Assembly: GCA_963735115.1 (NCBI GenBank)
Contig: CAVTJR010000003.1
Coordinates: 1,032,641 to 1,096,640 of the forward strand
Direction of reading: 5' to 3'
DNA: 64,000 nucleotides
DNA from: an uncultured Actinomycetota bacterium
GTDB lineage: Bacteria > Actinomycetota > Acidimicrobiia > Acidimicrobiales > Bog-793
Shown here: positions 8,481-17,972 of the stretch, one piece after another
How the letters are laid out: each line of letters begins with the position of its first letter
How positions within the stretch are numbered: position 1 is the first letter of the stretch
Position numbers and translations under genes: made by a program
The notes under the pieces: generated by a model
What the model was told of the DNA's origin: nothing
Seen by the model: the letters and a program-made list of their open reading frames with translations, nothing else
The model's database searches: none

Positions 8481-9176
8481 CGCGTAAGTCATTGTGACTT
8501 ACGCGGCCCGTAGCGGGCGGCCGTCGTAGGTCCAACGGAACGGCGCCGCTTTGCGGTTGTAGTCCTTGATGAAAGCAATGATCCGCTCGGCGAGGTGATC
8601 GACCGAATCGAACTCCCGACGGAGCAGCCTGCGCTCCAAGATGGAGAAGAAGAGCTCGACCTGGTTGAGCCAGCTCGCGTGGGTGGGCGTGTAGTGCAGG
8701 TGGACGTGGGGGTTCTCTGCGAGGAAGTCCGCCACCTTGTCGGTCTTGTGGGCCGAGAGGTTGTCGGCGATGCAGTGCAGGTCGAGTCCTTCTGGAGTCT
8801 GCTCGACAAGATCGGAGAGGAACTCGACGAAGTTCTCCGAGCGGGTCGAGTCCGTCACCCAGCCGGCGACGGTGCCCTCGTGCACATCGAGTCCGGCGAA
8901 GAGCACGGCGGTGCCGTTGCGGCGGTACTCGAACTCACGGCGCGCCGCCATGCCCGGCACGGCCGGACGGGTGGGGTTGAGACGCGACTTGGCCTGCATG
9001 CCCGACTTCTCGTCGACCGACCAGACGACAGCATTTTCGGGTGGGCTCGCTTGGCCATCCTCGCCTCGACCGTACCGGCACGGGTCCAGGACTCGAGAAT
9101 CTCCCGGTCGCCCTCTCTCAGCTCAAGTGGGGGAAGTCGCATCCCGACATCAAATCACATCCATGTGATTTACGCG
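8481..9176 (-). mobile_element. IS630-family element, internally deleted remnant
   Basis: Imperfect terminal inverted repeats CGCGTAAGTCA (8481-8491) and TGATTTACGCG (9166-9176) flank the transposase fragments. Confidence 0.6.
8499..9142 (-). pseudogene. IS630-family DDE transposase, truncated and frameshifted
   Basis: The 8499-8999 frame holds the DDE domain (FEYRRNGT..., CIADNLSAHKT, YTPTHASWLNQVELFF). The short HTH-like N-terminus (8855-9142) is in another frame. The total is only about 214 codons, versus roughly 340 expected from my recollection of the family. Confidence 0.75.
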
Positions 9177-9253
9177 GTGATCCACTAGTGGGCGACGCTG
9201 TCGCGGTCACGGATGCGACCGAACGATGTGACGGTGCCCATCACATCGGTGTC

Positions 9254-10640
9254 GTTTGCCAGCGACATAGGACCAGATGACCGCCGGTTTGCCAGCGGCA
9301 TGGGACCACCCCGTTGCCAGTCATGGCACCACCCTGACGATCCACCATCTCCGGCCAAGACGGATTCGGCTGGGCCTCTGAAGTGTTCGCAGAGGAGGTC
9401 CCGTGGCGTTCAGGGAGGTATCGGTGGTCCAGATCAAAGAGGCACTGCGGCGCTGGCTAAAGGTGAGGGCGAGCGCTCCATCGCCAAGGGAGTCGGCGTG
9501 GATCGCAAGACGGCGAGGCGGTATGTGGCCGCCGCCATCGAGGCAGGGCTCGACCGCCAAGGCGGTGAGGCTCAGCTCAACGACGAAGTGATCGGCCGGG
9601 TCGTCGAGCTCGTGCGCCCGCACCGCCCCGACGGCCACGGGGAGAGCTGGCGGGTGCTGTTCGCCGAGGAAGCCCAGATCAAGGATTGGGTGAAGGAGGG
9701 CCTCACCGTCGTCAAGATCGGCATCCTGCTGTCACGCCGTGGCGTTCAGGTCCCGCATCGCACCCTGGCGCGATTCGCCGGCGAGCCCTGCGGGGCGCGC
9801 AGGCGAAAGACGACGGTGCGAGTGGATGACCCGCCGCCGGGAGTCGAGGAGCAGGTCGACTTCGGGCGCCTCGGTCTCGTGAGCGACGGCGAGCGCCGCC
9901 GCGTCTGCACGGTCTCGTGTTCACGGCCGTCTTCAGCCGCCACCAGTTCGTCTGGCCGACCTTCAGCCAGTCGACGGCCGATGTCATCGAAGGCTTCGAG
10001 GCGGCCTGGTGGTTCTTCGGCGGCGTCTTCCCCGTCGTCATCCCCGACAACATGGGATCGATCGTCGTAAAGGCCGAGGACACCGCCCCGCGCTTCAACG
10101 ACGTCTTTGTCGAGTACGCCCAGTCGAGGGGCTTCGTCGTCGATGCCGCCCGCGTGGCCACCCCGACCGACAAGCCCGCGTCGAGCGGATGGTTCCCTAC
10201 GTGCGCTCCAACTTCCTTTCCGGCGAGGACTTCGCCGACCTCACCGACTGCCGGGAGCGCGCTCAGGCCTGGTGTGCGGAGACGGCCGGCATGCGCATCC
10301 ACGGCACGAGCTAGTGCCGCCCGGGCGAGGCCTTCAGGACCGAGGAGCTGCCGAGGTTGCTGGCGGCCCCGTCATGGCTTCGACACACCGAAGTGGTACG
10401 AGCCGAAGGTGCACCGGGACTTCCACGCCGAGGTCGGCAAGGCCTTCTACTCCGCCCCCCACCAGCTGATCGGCCGCTACCTGAAGGCCAGGCGAGACTC
10501 GAACACCGTGAAGCTTACTTCCGCGGCAGGCTCGTCAAAGTGTACCCGAGACAGCCACCCGGTAAGCGCTGGACGGACCTGGTCGACATGCCGAGCGGAA
10601 AGGGTGGCTGGGTCTCATTACTTGAGCCCAGGGTCCTAGC
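9254..10640 (+). pseudogene. IS21-family element remnant: left-end multiple repeats plus istA transposase with several frameshifts; no istB
   Basis: Three related direct repeats occur: GTTTGCCAGCGACATAGGACCA (9254), GTTTGCCAGCGGCATGGGACCA (9287) and GTTGCCAGTCATGGCACCA (9313). IstA-like sequence (SVVQIKEALRRWLK / GEGERSIAKGVGVDRKTARRYV / FVWPTFSQSTADVIEGFEAAWWFFGGVFPVVIPDNMGSIV / RVERMVPYVRSNFLSGEDF) is spread over at least 3 frames from 9403. Confidence 0.75.
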
Positions 10641-11891
10641 TTAGCTAGGCCCGACCTTCAAGACACTTCTCCGCCACTCGGGCGCAACTCCGCCCGGGTT
10701 CGTCGATGTATACACGTCACCGTCCGTGGAAGTCACAACGCAGAGGCGGAGCGAGGGACACGCAATCCCGTCGAGCATCTGCTGAGGACTCGCGAGCTCC
10801 GCTTCTCGCCACGGCGAAGTCACCTGTGCGGGATGCACCGAAGTGAACACTGCTCCACCCGCTTGATCGAGTGCGACGCACAGAGAGCTGGACGCACAGG
10901 TGAGCGTGTATAGCGCGTGCCCGCGATTAGTAATCAGCGGGCTGCCGACCGCCCACATGGACGGCCCGCCCGCCGGATGGGTGGAAGCAACAACATCATT
11001 GCTGCCATCCGTAGCAACGCACAAGAGGACCGATGGACAGTCGACGTCGTACAGAGGAGCATAAGTGGTGTCCACGTCGAATCTCTTCCATGTGACCCGA
11101 TCGGATCGTGGACTGCTCGAGATTAGGACGTGTCCGAAGTTATCCACCGCGGCACAGAAGTCCCTTCCCGGACACGATATGCCGTTAAGAACAAAATTTC
11201 GGTCCACCAACTGGCTCACGTGCCAAGCAGATGCGCCGCGGCTAGGATCCACCGATACGAGCACGCGCCCGTCGTTATCGACAGCGGCGCAAAAGCTGCT
11301 TGAAGCGCACGATATTCTGTCGACGCCTCCGCTATCGCCATCGATCGGCGAGAAAAACCATGCAGCCCCGCCTCCGGTCGGGTCTCCTGACGTCACGATG
11401 CCGGCTCCACCCCCACCAACGGCTATGCACAAGTTTGCCGAAGGGCACACGATCGGTCCCACAAATCCACCCACGCCTGCAGCGGACCCTACGTTCGCCA
11501 CCTTCCAAGTGCGCGCACCGCCAGCTGGGTCCGCCGAAGTGAGAACAACACCAGCTCTAAGTAAAACAACTCTACCCTCCTGATTCACGACATCCTGCTC
11601 GCCAACCGCGACGCAGAACTTCCCAGACGCGCACGCCACGCCGAGCAGCTCCCACGAGTCGTGCTCGCCAGCGGTCGTACCATTGGGTATCGACCCTGAA
11701 GAAGAGGGATGCCCCAACGGCGTTGACGAGCTCGTCAGCCGACCTGCGTGTGAGGCCGTGCAACCGACCAGGACCATGAGGCTCACGACAGCGGCAGTAC
11801 GGACGGCCCGTGCCAGACATCGATGTAGCCGTCTCGTGGGCGCCCGCGAACTAGGTGGAATCACCGGAACCAGTCGGCCAGTTGCACTCAC
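10641..11891 (-). CDS. Secreted repeat protein, about 7 Cys-pair/Asp-box-like repeats (beta-propeller-like), function unknown
   Basis: N-terminal signal/TM segment. About 7 repeats of roughly 40-45 aa follow the pattern C-x5-C-[AV]-[AV]-x(7-10)-[ST]-x-[DNH]-P-x(5-7)-W, for example ISCASSSFCAAVDNDGRVLVSVDPSRGASAWHV. Its start overlaps the stop of the upstream gene at 11888-11891. Confidence 0.65.
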   Translation of the reverse strand: MSATGRLVPVIPPSSRAPTRRLHRCLARAVRTAAVVSLMVLVGCTASHAGRLTSSSTPLGHPSSSGSIPNGTTAGEHDSWELLGVACASGKFCVAVGEQDVVNQEGRVVLLRAGVVLTSADPAGGARTWKVANVGSAAGVGGFVGPIVCPSANLCIAVGGGGAGIVTSGDPTGGGAAWFFSPIDGDSGGVDRISCASSSFCAAVDNDGRVLVSVDPSRGASAWHVSQLVDRNFVLNGISCPGRDFCAAVDNFGHVLISSSPRSDRVTWKRFDVDTTYAPLYDVDCPSVLLCVATDGSNDVVASTHPAGGPSMWAVGSPLITNRGHALYTLTCASSSLCVALDQAGGAVFTSVHPAQVTSPWREAELASPQQMLDGIACPSLRLCVVTSTDGDVYTSTNPGGVAPEWRRSVLKVGPS

Positions 11892-12622
11892 GAAGTCGCG
11901 TGCGGCGACCCCGCTCGATCGGCGGGACTGGGCGACATCGTGAACGTATTCGTGAATGGGTCGAGCGTCCCCGTCCCCCCAGGATAGATGAAAGTTATCG
12001 ACAGACTCGCTTGAGTCACCGAACCAGCGACGCTTGACAGTGTGAGCGCTCCGATAGTTTCAGGGGTAAGGTAGATGCCGCCAGAATATCCATCAATCTC
12101 GGCCGCTTGTTGGGGTACTCCCGTTGCTGGGTCGTAACCTAGTGGATTAAGCACCAGAATCTGTATGCCTCCCTGAGATACATCACTCGTAAGGTAAAGG
12201 CTCTTCACTTCAACGTACATGTTGCTCTCGAGATCATTCCACTGCGCTGTCACAACGGCTCCCGTTTCGCCCGTCTGATCCCCGGGCGAATACACCATAC
12301 CGTCATCTGGCGCAGGGAATATCGTCGCAGGAAGTGTCGAAGGTGTCGCGAGATCATCGCGCCGCGCCGCCCGCTGGGCGGAGCTGACACTCCCCTGAGC
12401 GGAGCTGACGCTTCGAGCGAGGGCTTCTGCCTTACGGCAGCTTAATGACCCCGAATAGCCGACGCGGCTGTGGACGATGGCTCGCGCTTTGGAACAGTTG
12501 GTTACGTTCGCACCGCGCGCAAGGGATAGCGACGGACCGATGTGTGGAGTCAACAAGAATGCTAGTCCACCGACGCACACCAACACAGCCGGCATAAACG
12601 CAAACTTCCGAAATCGAGTCAT
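11888..12622 (-). CDS. Secreted hypothetical protein
   Basis: 244-aa ORF with an N-terminal hydrophobic signal (FAFMPAVLVCVGGLAFLL). It is the middle gene of the AT-richer operon. Confidence 0.55.
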   Translation of the reverse strand: MTRFRKFAFMPAVLVCVGGLAFLLTPHIGPSLSLARGANVTNCSKARAIVHSRVGYSGSLSCRKAEALARSVSSAQGSVSSAQRAARRDDLATPSTLPATIFPAPDDGMVYSPGDQTGETGAVVTAQWNDLESNMYVEVKSLYLTSDVSQGGIQILVLNPLGYDPATGVPQQAAEIDGYSGGIYLTPETIGALTLSSVAGSVTQASLSITFIYPGGTGTLDPFTNTFTMSPSPADRAGSPHATS

Positions 12623-12637
12623 GTCGTGTCTCCACTA

Positions 12638-13684
12638 CTAGGTACAGAAGATCGAAAAATCGGTGGCATCAAAGATCGATGACTGCGTAAAATCCGGGGG
12701 ACTGGCGTCGTTGACAGCGTTCAGCATGTCGGTCCAAGCCTCGCCAGGTGTGGTGGGACAGTTGGAATTCCCAGACGTCCAGTTTGCGACAGTCATCCAG
12801 ACTATATAATTGTCGGAGAACCTGTTAGCGTATGCCCATTGGTCCACACTGACCCAATCAGCAGCCAACGCAAGAGGATTGATGCCTTCGGCCACGTTTT
12901 GATAGATCTCTGGAGCAGGTACGTTGAGCGTGCTTGTCCCCCAGGATATCTCCCAGACGTCCTCAAGGGTCCAGCCCGTGTCCAGGAAGGCGGAGCCAAA
13001 ATCGTAATTCAATTCGCCAGAGGTGTTGCTGTTGTATCCGTTGCTCCATGCTTCGGTGTTGTCGCCGAAGTCAGTGTCCCAGTCAGTCCCCGCCTCCGCA
13101 TCAATCCCAGAGCCCGCGGTGACTCGTCCACTGAGAGTCTGACCACCATACGAGTTATCGTCGAGCCAGTTCTGAAGTCGGTTTGTCCACGTGGCCCAAT
13201 ACCAACCTGCAACGTACGGTCCAGTATTGCTTCCGTCCGGATAGTTCATGGTTGCCGGCAGGCAATATTGTGTGCAGCCTGGCGGGCGGCCGAGGTCGTA
13301 AGCGTCGCTAGTTCCTATCGCGAGAGTGAGCGTCGCGGTTGAACTGGATTCGAACCATCCAAGTGCCCACTGCTCTGCCGCGGTTATAATGCTTTGGTTC
13401 GACCAGAACCCGACGTCGCCATAACCTTTCGTGCCCAGCTGCGAGGTGGACGAATCAAAAGCAGGATGTTGGAAAGCGAGAATATGAACTCCACTAACAT
13501 TTATGGTGCCGTAGCTGTAGCCGTCGTTAAAGTTGTCGGTGGTGTTCAGAGTAGTCGGGTATTCGGAATTCGTGTAAGCAGGGGGACTCGCGGCGCGGGC
13601 GATTGTGGCGGGAGAGACGACCACGAAACAACAACACATAACGAGGAGCGCACAGAGCAGTGCGATAGATCGCCGAACGGGCAT
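12638..13684 (-). CDS. Secreted hypothetical protein (Trp/Asn/Asp-rich)
   Basis: 348-aa ORF. The signal peptide is ALLCALLVMCCCFVVVSPATIARAAS. It is the first gene of the operon. I recognise no motif. Confidence 0.6.
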   Translation of the reverse strand: MPVRRSIALLCALLVMCCCFVVVSPATIARAASPPAYTNSEYPTTLNTTDNFNDGYSYGTINVSGVHILAFQHPAFDSSTSQLGTKGYGDVGFWSNQSIITAAEQWALGWFESSSTATLTLAIGTSDAYDLGRPPGCTQYCLPATMNYPDGSNTGPYVAGWYWATWTNRLQNWLDDNSYGGQTLSGRVTAGSGIDAEAGTDWDTDFGDNTEAWSNGYNSNTSGELNYDFGSAFLDTGWTLEDVWEISWGTSTLNVPAPEIYQNVAEGINPLALAADWVSVDQWAYANRFSDNYIVWMTVANWTSGNSNCPTTPGEAWTDMLNAVNDASPPDFTQSSIFDATDFSIFCT

Positions 13685-14274
13685 ATCAGTCGGACCTCAA
13701 TCTCGCAATAACGAGTTGATGTGGAGGGAAGCGTGTGCCAGCTCCCCCAGCGATGGCGTCCCGTGGTGAAAACCTGCCGGTTCGGCAGTCCGCGGGCCGG
13801 AACAACCGTAACCTCCATCCCGAGAGCTGCCAACAAGGTGACAAACTGCGACCTCCGCGAAACCCAGGTGTTCTACCAAATGTGTCTGGGAATCGCGCGC
13901 TCTCTGCCCACTTCTACCAGGAAGCTTAGCCATTGTCAATGAGCTGTCGGAACGACCAGGCGGTCGCCTCGAGTGCGGGCGATACGTGGCGGCATGTTGG
14001 GACGGCGATGCTGCTGACGCCGGGTTTAGCGCTCGCTGAGCATTGTGCGACACCAGGAGCGAGCCCGCGACGGCTCCGTGCACTGAGATCCAGGATGGCC
14101 GGCCACGGCGCTGACGACGGTACGAATCCGTGCTTGGTGAGCGAAGCCCTGGCATTGCCTGGAATCTTGTGACGGTTGGGGTCTCGGCTGTGGCTGCAAC
14201 CATGAAAGTATCTTGTTGAAGCGGTGCGAGTGTCCCCTGCTGCGAAGTCAGACAACGCCCGACTGCCGTTGTCC

Positions 14275-15320
14275 TCACTCGCGCTTCTTCAGCTCCTTGT
14301 TGAGTCGTTCGAGGGGGTTCGTCGACCATATCTGGCGCCAGTGAGCCCGCGGGAAGGGTGAGAAGGCGAGGAGCTCCTCCTTGGCCTCGTCCATGAGCTC
14401 GGCCGCCTTGGCGAAGCGCTCCCGGAAGGTGTCGGCCACCTTGTCGTACTGCTCGGCGATCTCCTCTCTGGTCGTGTAGGCGAAGATCGTCCGAAAGGCG
14501 GCTGCCACCATCTCCTGCTGGGCCTTCGGGATACGGGCGAGGAGGTTCCTCGCGAAGTGCACCCGGCAGCGCTGGTGGGCGACCCCCTGCATGGTGCGCC
14601 TGAGCGCCGCCAAGAGCCCGGCGTGCTGGTCGGAGATGACGAGGCGCACGCCGTGCAGCCCGCGGCGGCGCAGGCTCTGTAGGAACGAGCGCCAGAAGGC
14701 CTCGTCCTCGGAGTCCCCGACCGAGAAGCCGAGCACCTCCCGGTGGCCGTCGGCTCGCACCCCCGTGGCGATGACGACAGCCTTGGAAACGACGTGGTGG
14801 TCGTCTCTCACGTGCAGGTAGGTGGCATCGAGGTAGAGGTACGGGAAGGCGTCGTGGTCGAGGCGGCGGTCCTTGAAGGCGCTCACGTGCTCGTCGAGGC
14901 CTGCGCAGATGCGCGAGACCTCCGAGCGGGAGATGCCCGAGGAGATGCCGAGGGCCTCCACGAGCTCGTCGACGGAGCGGGTGGAGACCCCGTGCACGTA
15001 GGCCTCCGACGGCATAGAGCGCCTGGTCGATGCGCCGGCGAGGCTCGAGGATGGAGGGGAAGAAGCTTCCCTTTCGCAGCTTGGGGATGCCGAGGCCGAC
15101 GTCGCCGGCCTTGGTGGACACGAGCCGGGAGCGATGGCCGTTGCGCTCGTTGGTTCGTCGTCTCGGAGCGCTCGTAGAGCCCGGCGCCGATCGTCTCGGC
15201 CGCCTCGGCCTCGATGAGCTCCTGGAAGACGATGCGCACGGCCTCCCGGACGAGGTCCATGCCGTCGACGCTTCGGAGCGCGTCGGCGAGGTCGGAGAGG
15301 GCAGACTTGTCGAGGGCCAT
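14275..15320 (-). pseudogene. IS256-family (mutator-type) transposase, two frameshifts and C-terminal truncation
   Basis: MALDKSALSDL...IGAGLYERSE (frame a), then NERNGHRSRLVSTKAGDVGLGIPKLRKGSFFPSILEPRRR (frame b), then YVHGVSTRSVDELV...YLYLDATYLHVR...VISDQHAGL...HQRCRVHFARN...LERLNKELKKRE-stop (frame c). Confidence 0.8.
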
Positions 15321-15490
15321 CGGGTGATCTCCTTGGTGGGTTCGGCTAGGAACACACCGAGGATCACTCCGATGGGCCCACCTACTGGTGGATGGTCTCG
15401 GTCACCTCAAAGCCCACCACTTCGCGGGACTCTGTCCAGATGTGAAGGCGTTTTAGTTGCACGCCGGTGCCTCCCAAACCGCAGTACCCA

Positions 15491-15830
15491 TTAATGTTGC
15501 GCGAGGTACTGCTGGTGGTAGCGCCCGATGAGGTAGATCACGCCTGTCGGGTCGGTGTAACCGCCGGCGAAGCCGAACGGAGTGTAGGCGCTAAGCCCTC
15601 CGGAAGCTCTCAGGGTTGCCATAGGCGTCGTAGGACGTGGACGCTGTGAGTTGGGTCCCGGAGGCGCTCAGGGCTCCCCGAAGCGAGCCGCGGGCGTCGG
15701 CTACCAGGTAGCTGACGGCACCGGAGGAGAGGTTGACCTGCCCATAGGTGGGCCCGAGGGTCCATGTTGAACTCTCATCAGGATCGATGGCGGCATGACC
15801 GAGTCGCCCGCCAACATTCCACCAACCGAC
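15491..15830 (-). pseudogene. RHS-repeat-associated core fragment (toxin-gene remnant), frameshifted and truncated
   Basis: YLVADARGSLRGALSASGTQLTASTSYDAYGNPESF is in one frame. LSAYTPFGFAGGYTDPTGVIYLIGRYHQQY-stop is in the next. These are classic YD/RHS core motifs. No N-terminal repeats or C-terminal toxin are present. Confidence 0.55.
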
Positions 15831-15946
15831 TCTTCGCCGCAGGGACCGGCAACAGTCGCAGCAGGGTGTCCCGGCGCACCGGGAGCCCAGCGCAGCGCCC
15901 CTCAGCGGTGACCCAGCCACCCTCTCAAGGTGGCTCAGGATAGCCG

Positions 15947-16156
15947 TCAGCACTCCACGAGCCACGAGCCATCGGCCAGACTCACGGATCGGAAGTAGCG
16001 GCGAGCGCTTAGCCCTGTTACCGGGCGCCGAGTTGGTAGCTTCTGCTGGTGCAGATAGCGCCGGCGAGTGGGCGGTGTCTTGTGTGTCGAGACGTTGTCG
16101 ACGACGAGGTGGACCGACGGCCGACGAGCGCCCAAGCGCTGGCTCTTCGTTACCAT
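15947..16156 (-). pseudogene. Second IS630-like transposase fragment
   Basis: VHLVVDNVSTHKTP resembles the DDE-domain DNxxxHK motif of IS630 transposases. Only about 70 codons remain. Confidence 0.45.
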
Positions 16157-16252
16157 GACTTCCCATCGTCGTGCTTTGTTCGGCCGAAAGCTGCCGTCTG
16201 CGCGTGCGTGGGGAGCGCTGCGCTGTGCAGGGCCGCCCTTGTCCTTCCTGCG

Positions 16253-16270
16253 CCCCTACAAAAACCCTAC
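16253..16270 (+). repeat. Tandem CCCTACA motifs (right arm of island 1)
   Basis: CCCTACA occurs at 16253-16259 and 16264-16270, about 105-120 bp inside att copy 2. The orientation matches the pair at 2327-2345. Confidence 0.45.
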
Positions 16271-16373
16271 AACGATCCGCGAATCCGCCGCAGGTAGCGA
16301 GCATGCGTTCAGAAGAAGTGCAGTTCAAGTGGGGTGAAGTCGATTCGAGTGGTGCCCGTGGACGGCCTTCGGC

Positions 16374-16419
16374 TGACTGGGGGTCAAGAGGTCCCGGGTT
16401 CAAATCCCGGCAGCCCGAC
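16374..16419 (+). repeat. att core copy 2 (attR of island 1 / attL of island 2); partial tRNA, not a gene
   Basis: 46/46 identical to 2220-2265. No tRNA 5' half lies upstream. Confidence 0.85.
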
Positions 16420-16460
16420 CAGTCAGAAGGGGTATCCGCCGAGATGTGCTTCCCTCGGTG

Positions 16461-16480
16461 GATAGTTAAGGGATAGTTAA
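16461..16480 (+). repeat. Tandem GATAGTTAA x2 between att copy 2 and the integrase 2 stop
   Basis: GATAGTTAA-GG-GATAGTTAA is an AT-rich direct repeat in a GC-rich context. It may be an arm-type site. Confidence 0.3.
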
Positions 16481-16499
16481 TCCCGCGGTGGGCGTGGCG

Positions 16500-17691
16500 T
16501 CAACCATGGCGAGGCGACAACTTGTCCAGGTCCGCACGCAGGTCTTCGTACCCGAGGTGGGTGTAGTACTGGTCGCCCACTGCCAGGCTGCTGTGGCGCA
16601 TGACCCTCCGCCGATGAGATGGGTCCACTCTCGCCTTCGTCATGTCGGTCTGAAGGGTGTGACGGAACGCCACCGGCGTGAGGCCCGAGATCTCCGCCTT
16701 GGCACCGAGGCGGGCGATGGAGTGTCGGAGGTTGTCCGGGTGGAGGAACCCCCCTCGGGTGCTCGGGAACATCCAGCCTTCCGGGTTGCTCGTGCCGGTT
16801 GCTAGAAGCTGTGTGCGCTGCCACGCCTCGTGTTCGGTGAGCGCGGAGGTCAACTGGTGCGACAACGGCAGCGTTGCATAGGACGACTTCGACTTGAGAC
16901 CGCCCACGACGGGCTTGCCGCCCTCTTTCGTGACGGAGCGCTCGATTCGCAGGGTCTTGGCCTCTCGGTCCCAGTCGCCCCATTGCAGCCCGAGCAGCTC
17001 CCCCGGACGAAGGCCGAGGTCTAGCCCGATGCGGATCAGGGTGCAGAAGCGCCGCCTGTCTTCCTGAGTGGCCACTTCAAGGAGAGCGGCGATCTGTTCG
17101 GCGCTGAGAGCCTCCCGCTCGGTCTCGCCCACATGGACGGCATCGGTTGCTGCCACCGGGTTCCACATGACCTCACGGTGCTTGACCGCTTCCGTGAACG
17201 CCTGATTGAGCACGCCGCGCAGCGCCTTCACGGAGCGGTCCGACAAAGGCTTCCGAGTCCCGGAGCTGTCCGGGTCGAGCTTGCCCTTCGCCTTCCCGGT
17301 GAGGAACTTCTCAACCTGGGCCACGGTGAGCCGGTCCGCCACGATGTCGCCAAGATGGGATCGCACATGCTCAGCCGCCCACCGGTACTGCTCCAAGGTC
17401 TTGGGGGACTTGCCACCCTTCACCCTGTTCTCGTAACGGCTGAGAAACTGGTCGAGCACATCTCCGACCGTGAGCGTCTCAGCGGCAGGGTTACCGCCCC
17501 ACTCCTTTAGCCAGGCGTTGAGCCGGTCCTCAGCGCCACTCCAGGTTGGGGCCGTGAAGGATCTCCGTACCGCCTTGCCCGTCGCCGGATCAGGGAAGTA
17601 CGGGGTGCGAGCCTGAAACTTTCCGTTCGGCCAGCGGCGTGACCGTGCCTCGGCCGTTGGTGCGTCTTCCAGGCTTCCTCGGTGTGACCAT
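16500..17691 (-). CDS. int: Tyrosine recombinase / integrase (island 2), N-terminus in a different frame (single frameshift near 17636)
   Basis: The main ORF 16500-17459 has catalytic-region motifs (AFRHTLQ, MRHSSLAVGDQYYTH). The in-frame upstream sequence NGKFQARTPYFPDPATGKAVRR has no start codon. The start MVTPRKPGRRTNGRGTVT (ATG at 17691) is in the other frame. Confidence 0.8.
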
Positions 17692-17972
17692 CACGGCCTC
17701 CTTCGTCGGAGTGCGAGGGTAGTGACAGCTCACCTCTTGACCGGCAGTCGCTTTGACCAGACCCGCGACTCGTAGCCTCCCTCCCGCCACCTCGTACCCT
17801 TGACCATGGCGCCGTCCGCCACTTTTTCGGCCCTGGCGCCTGCGAACGGTTGTGCCCATGAGCGACGTGGGTGTGCCGGAGTTGTGGAGCAGTTGGTTTC
17901 GCCCTCATTCGAGTTGGGAACAGTTGGGTTACCCGGTGGGCTGCGGATTCCGAGGTCCGCCGCCGAGCCGGG

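Larger units (their letters stand above)
2220..16419. mobile_element. Integrative mobilizable island 1 in tRNA-Pro (about 14.2 kb)
   Basis: Bounded by identical 46-nt direct repeats. An integrase lies next to the tRNA. Also present: an excisionase-like HTH, a MobF relaxase, IS debris and a region of atypical composition. Confidence 0.8.

Noticed and set aside
13697-15367. 556-aa minus-strand ORF spanning the IS256 region
   Set aside because: Only a short middle stretch (NERNGHRSRLVSTKAGDV...) is transposase-like. The rest is Arg/Pro-rich out-of-frame read-through of the IS256 pseudogene and adjacent non-coding DNA.
15591-16403. 270-aa ORF treated as one gene
   Set aside because: It is a composite. 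Its N-terminus is antisense to the att copy, its middle overlaps an IS630-like fragment, and only its C-terminal roughly 60 codons are RHS-like.
16374-16419. Additional tRNA-Pro genes at 16374 and 26029
   Set aside because: Only the 3' 44-46 nt are present. No acceptor 5' strand or D arm lies upstream. They are att duplications.
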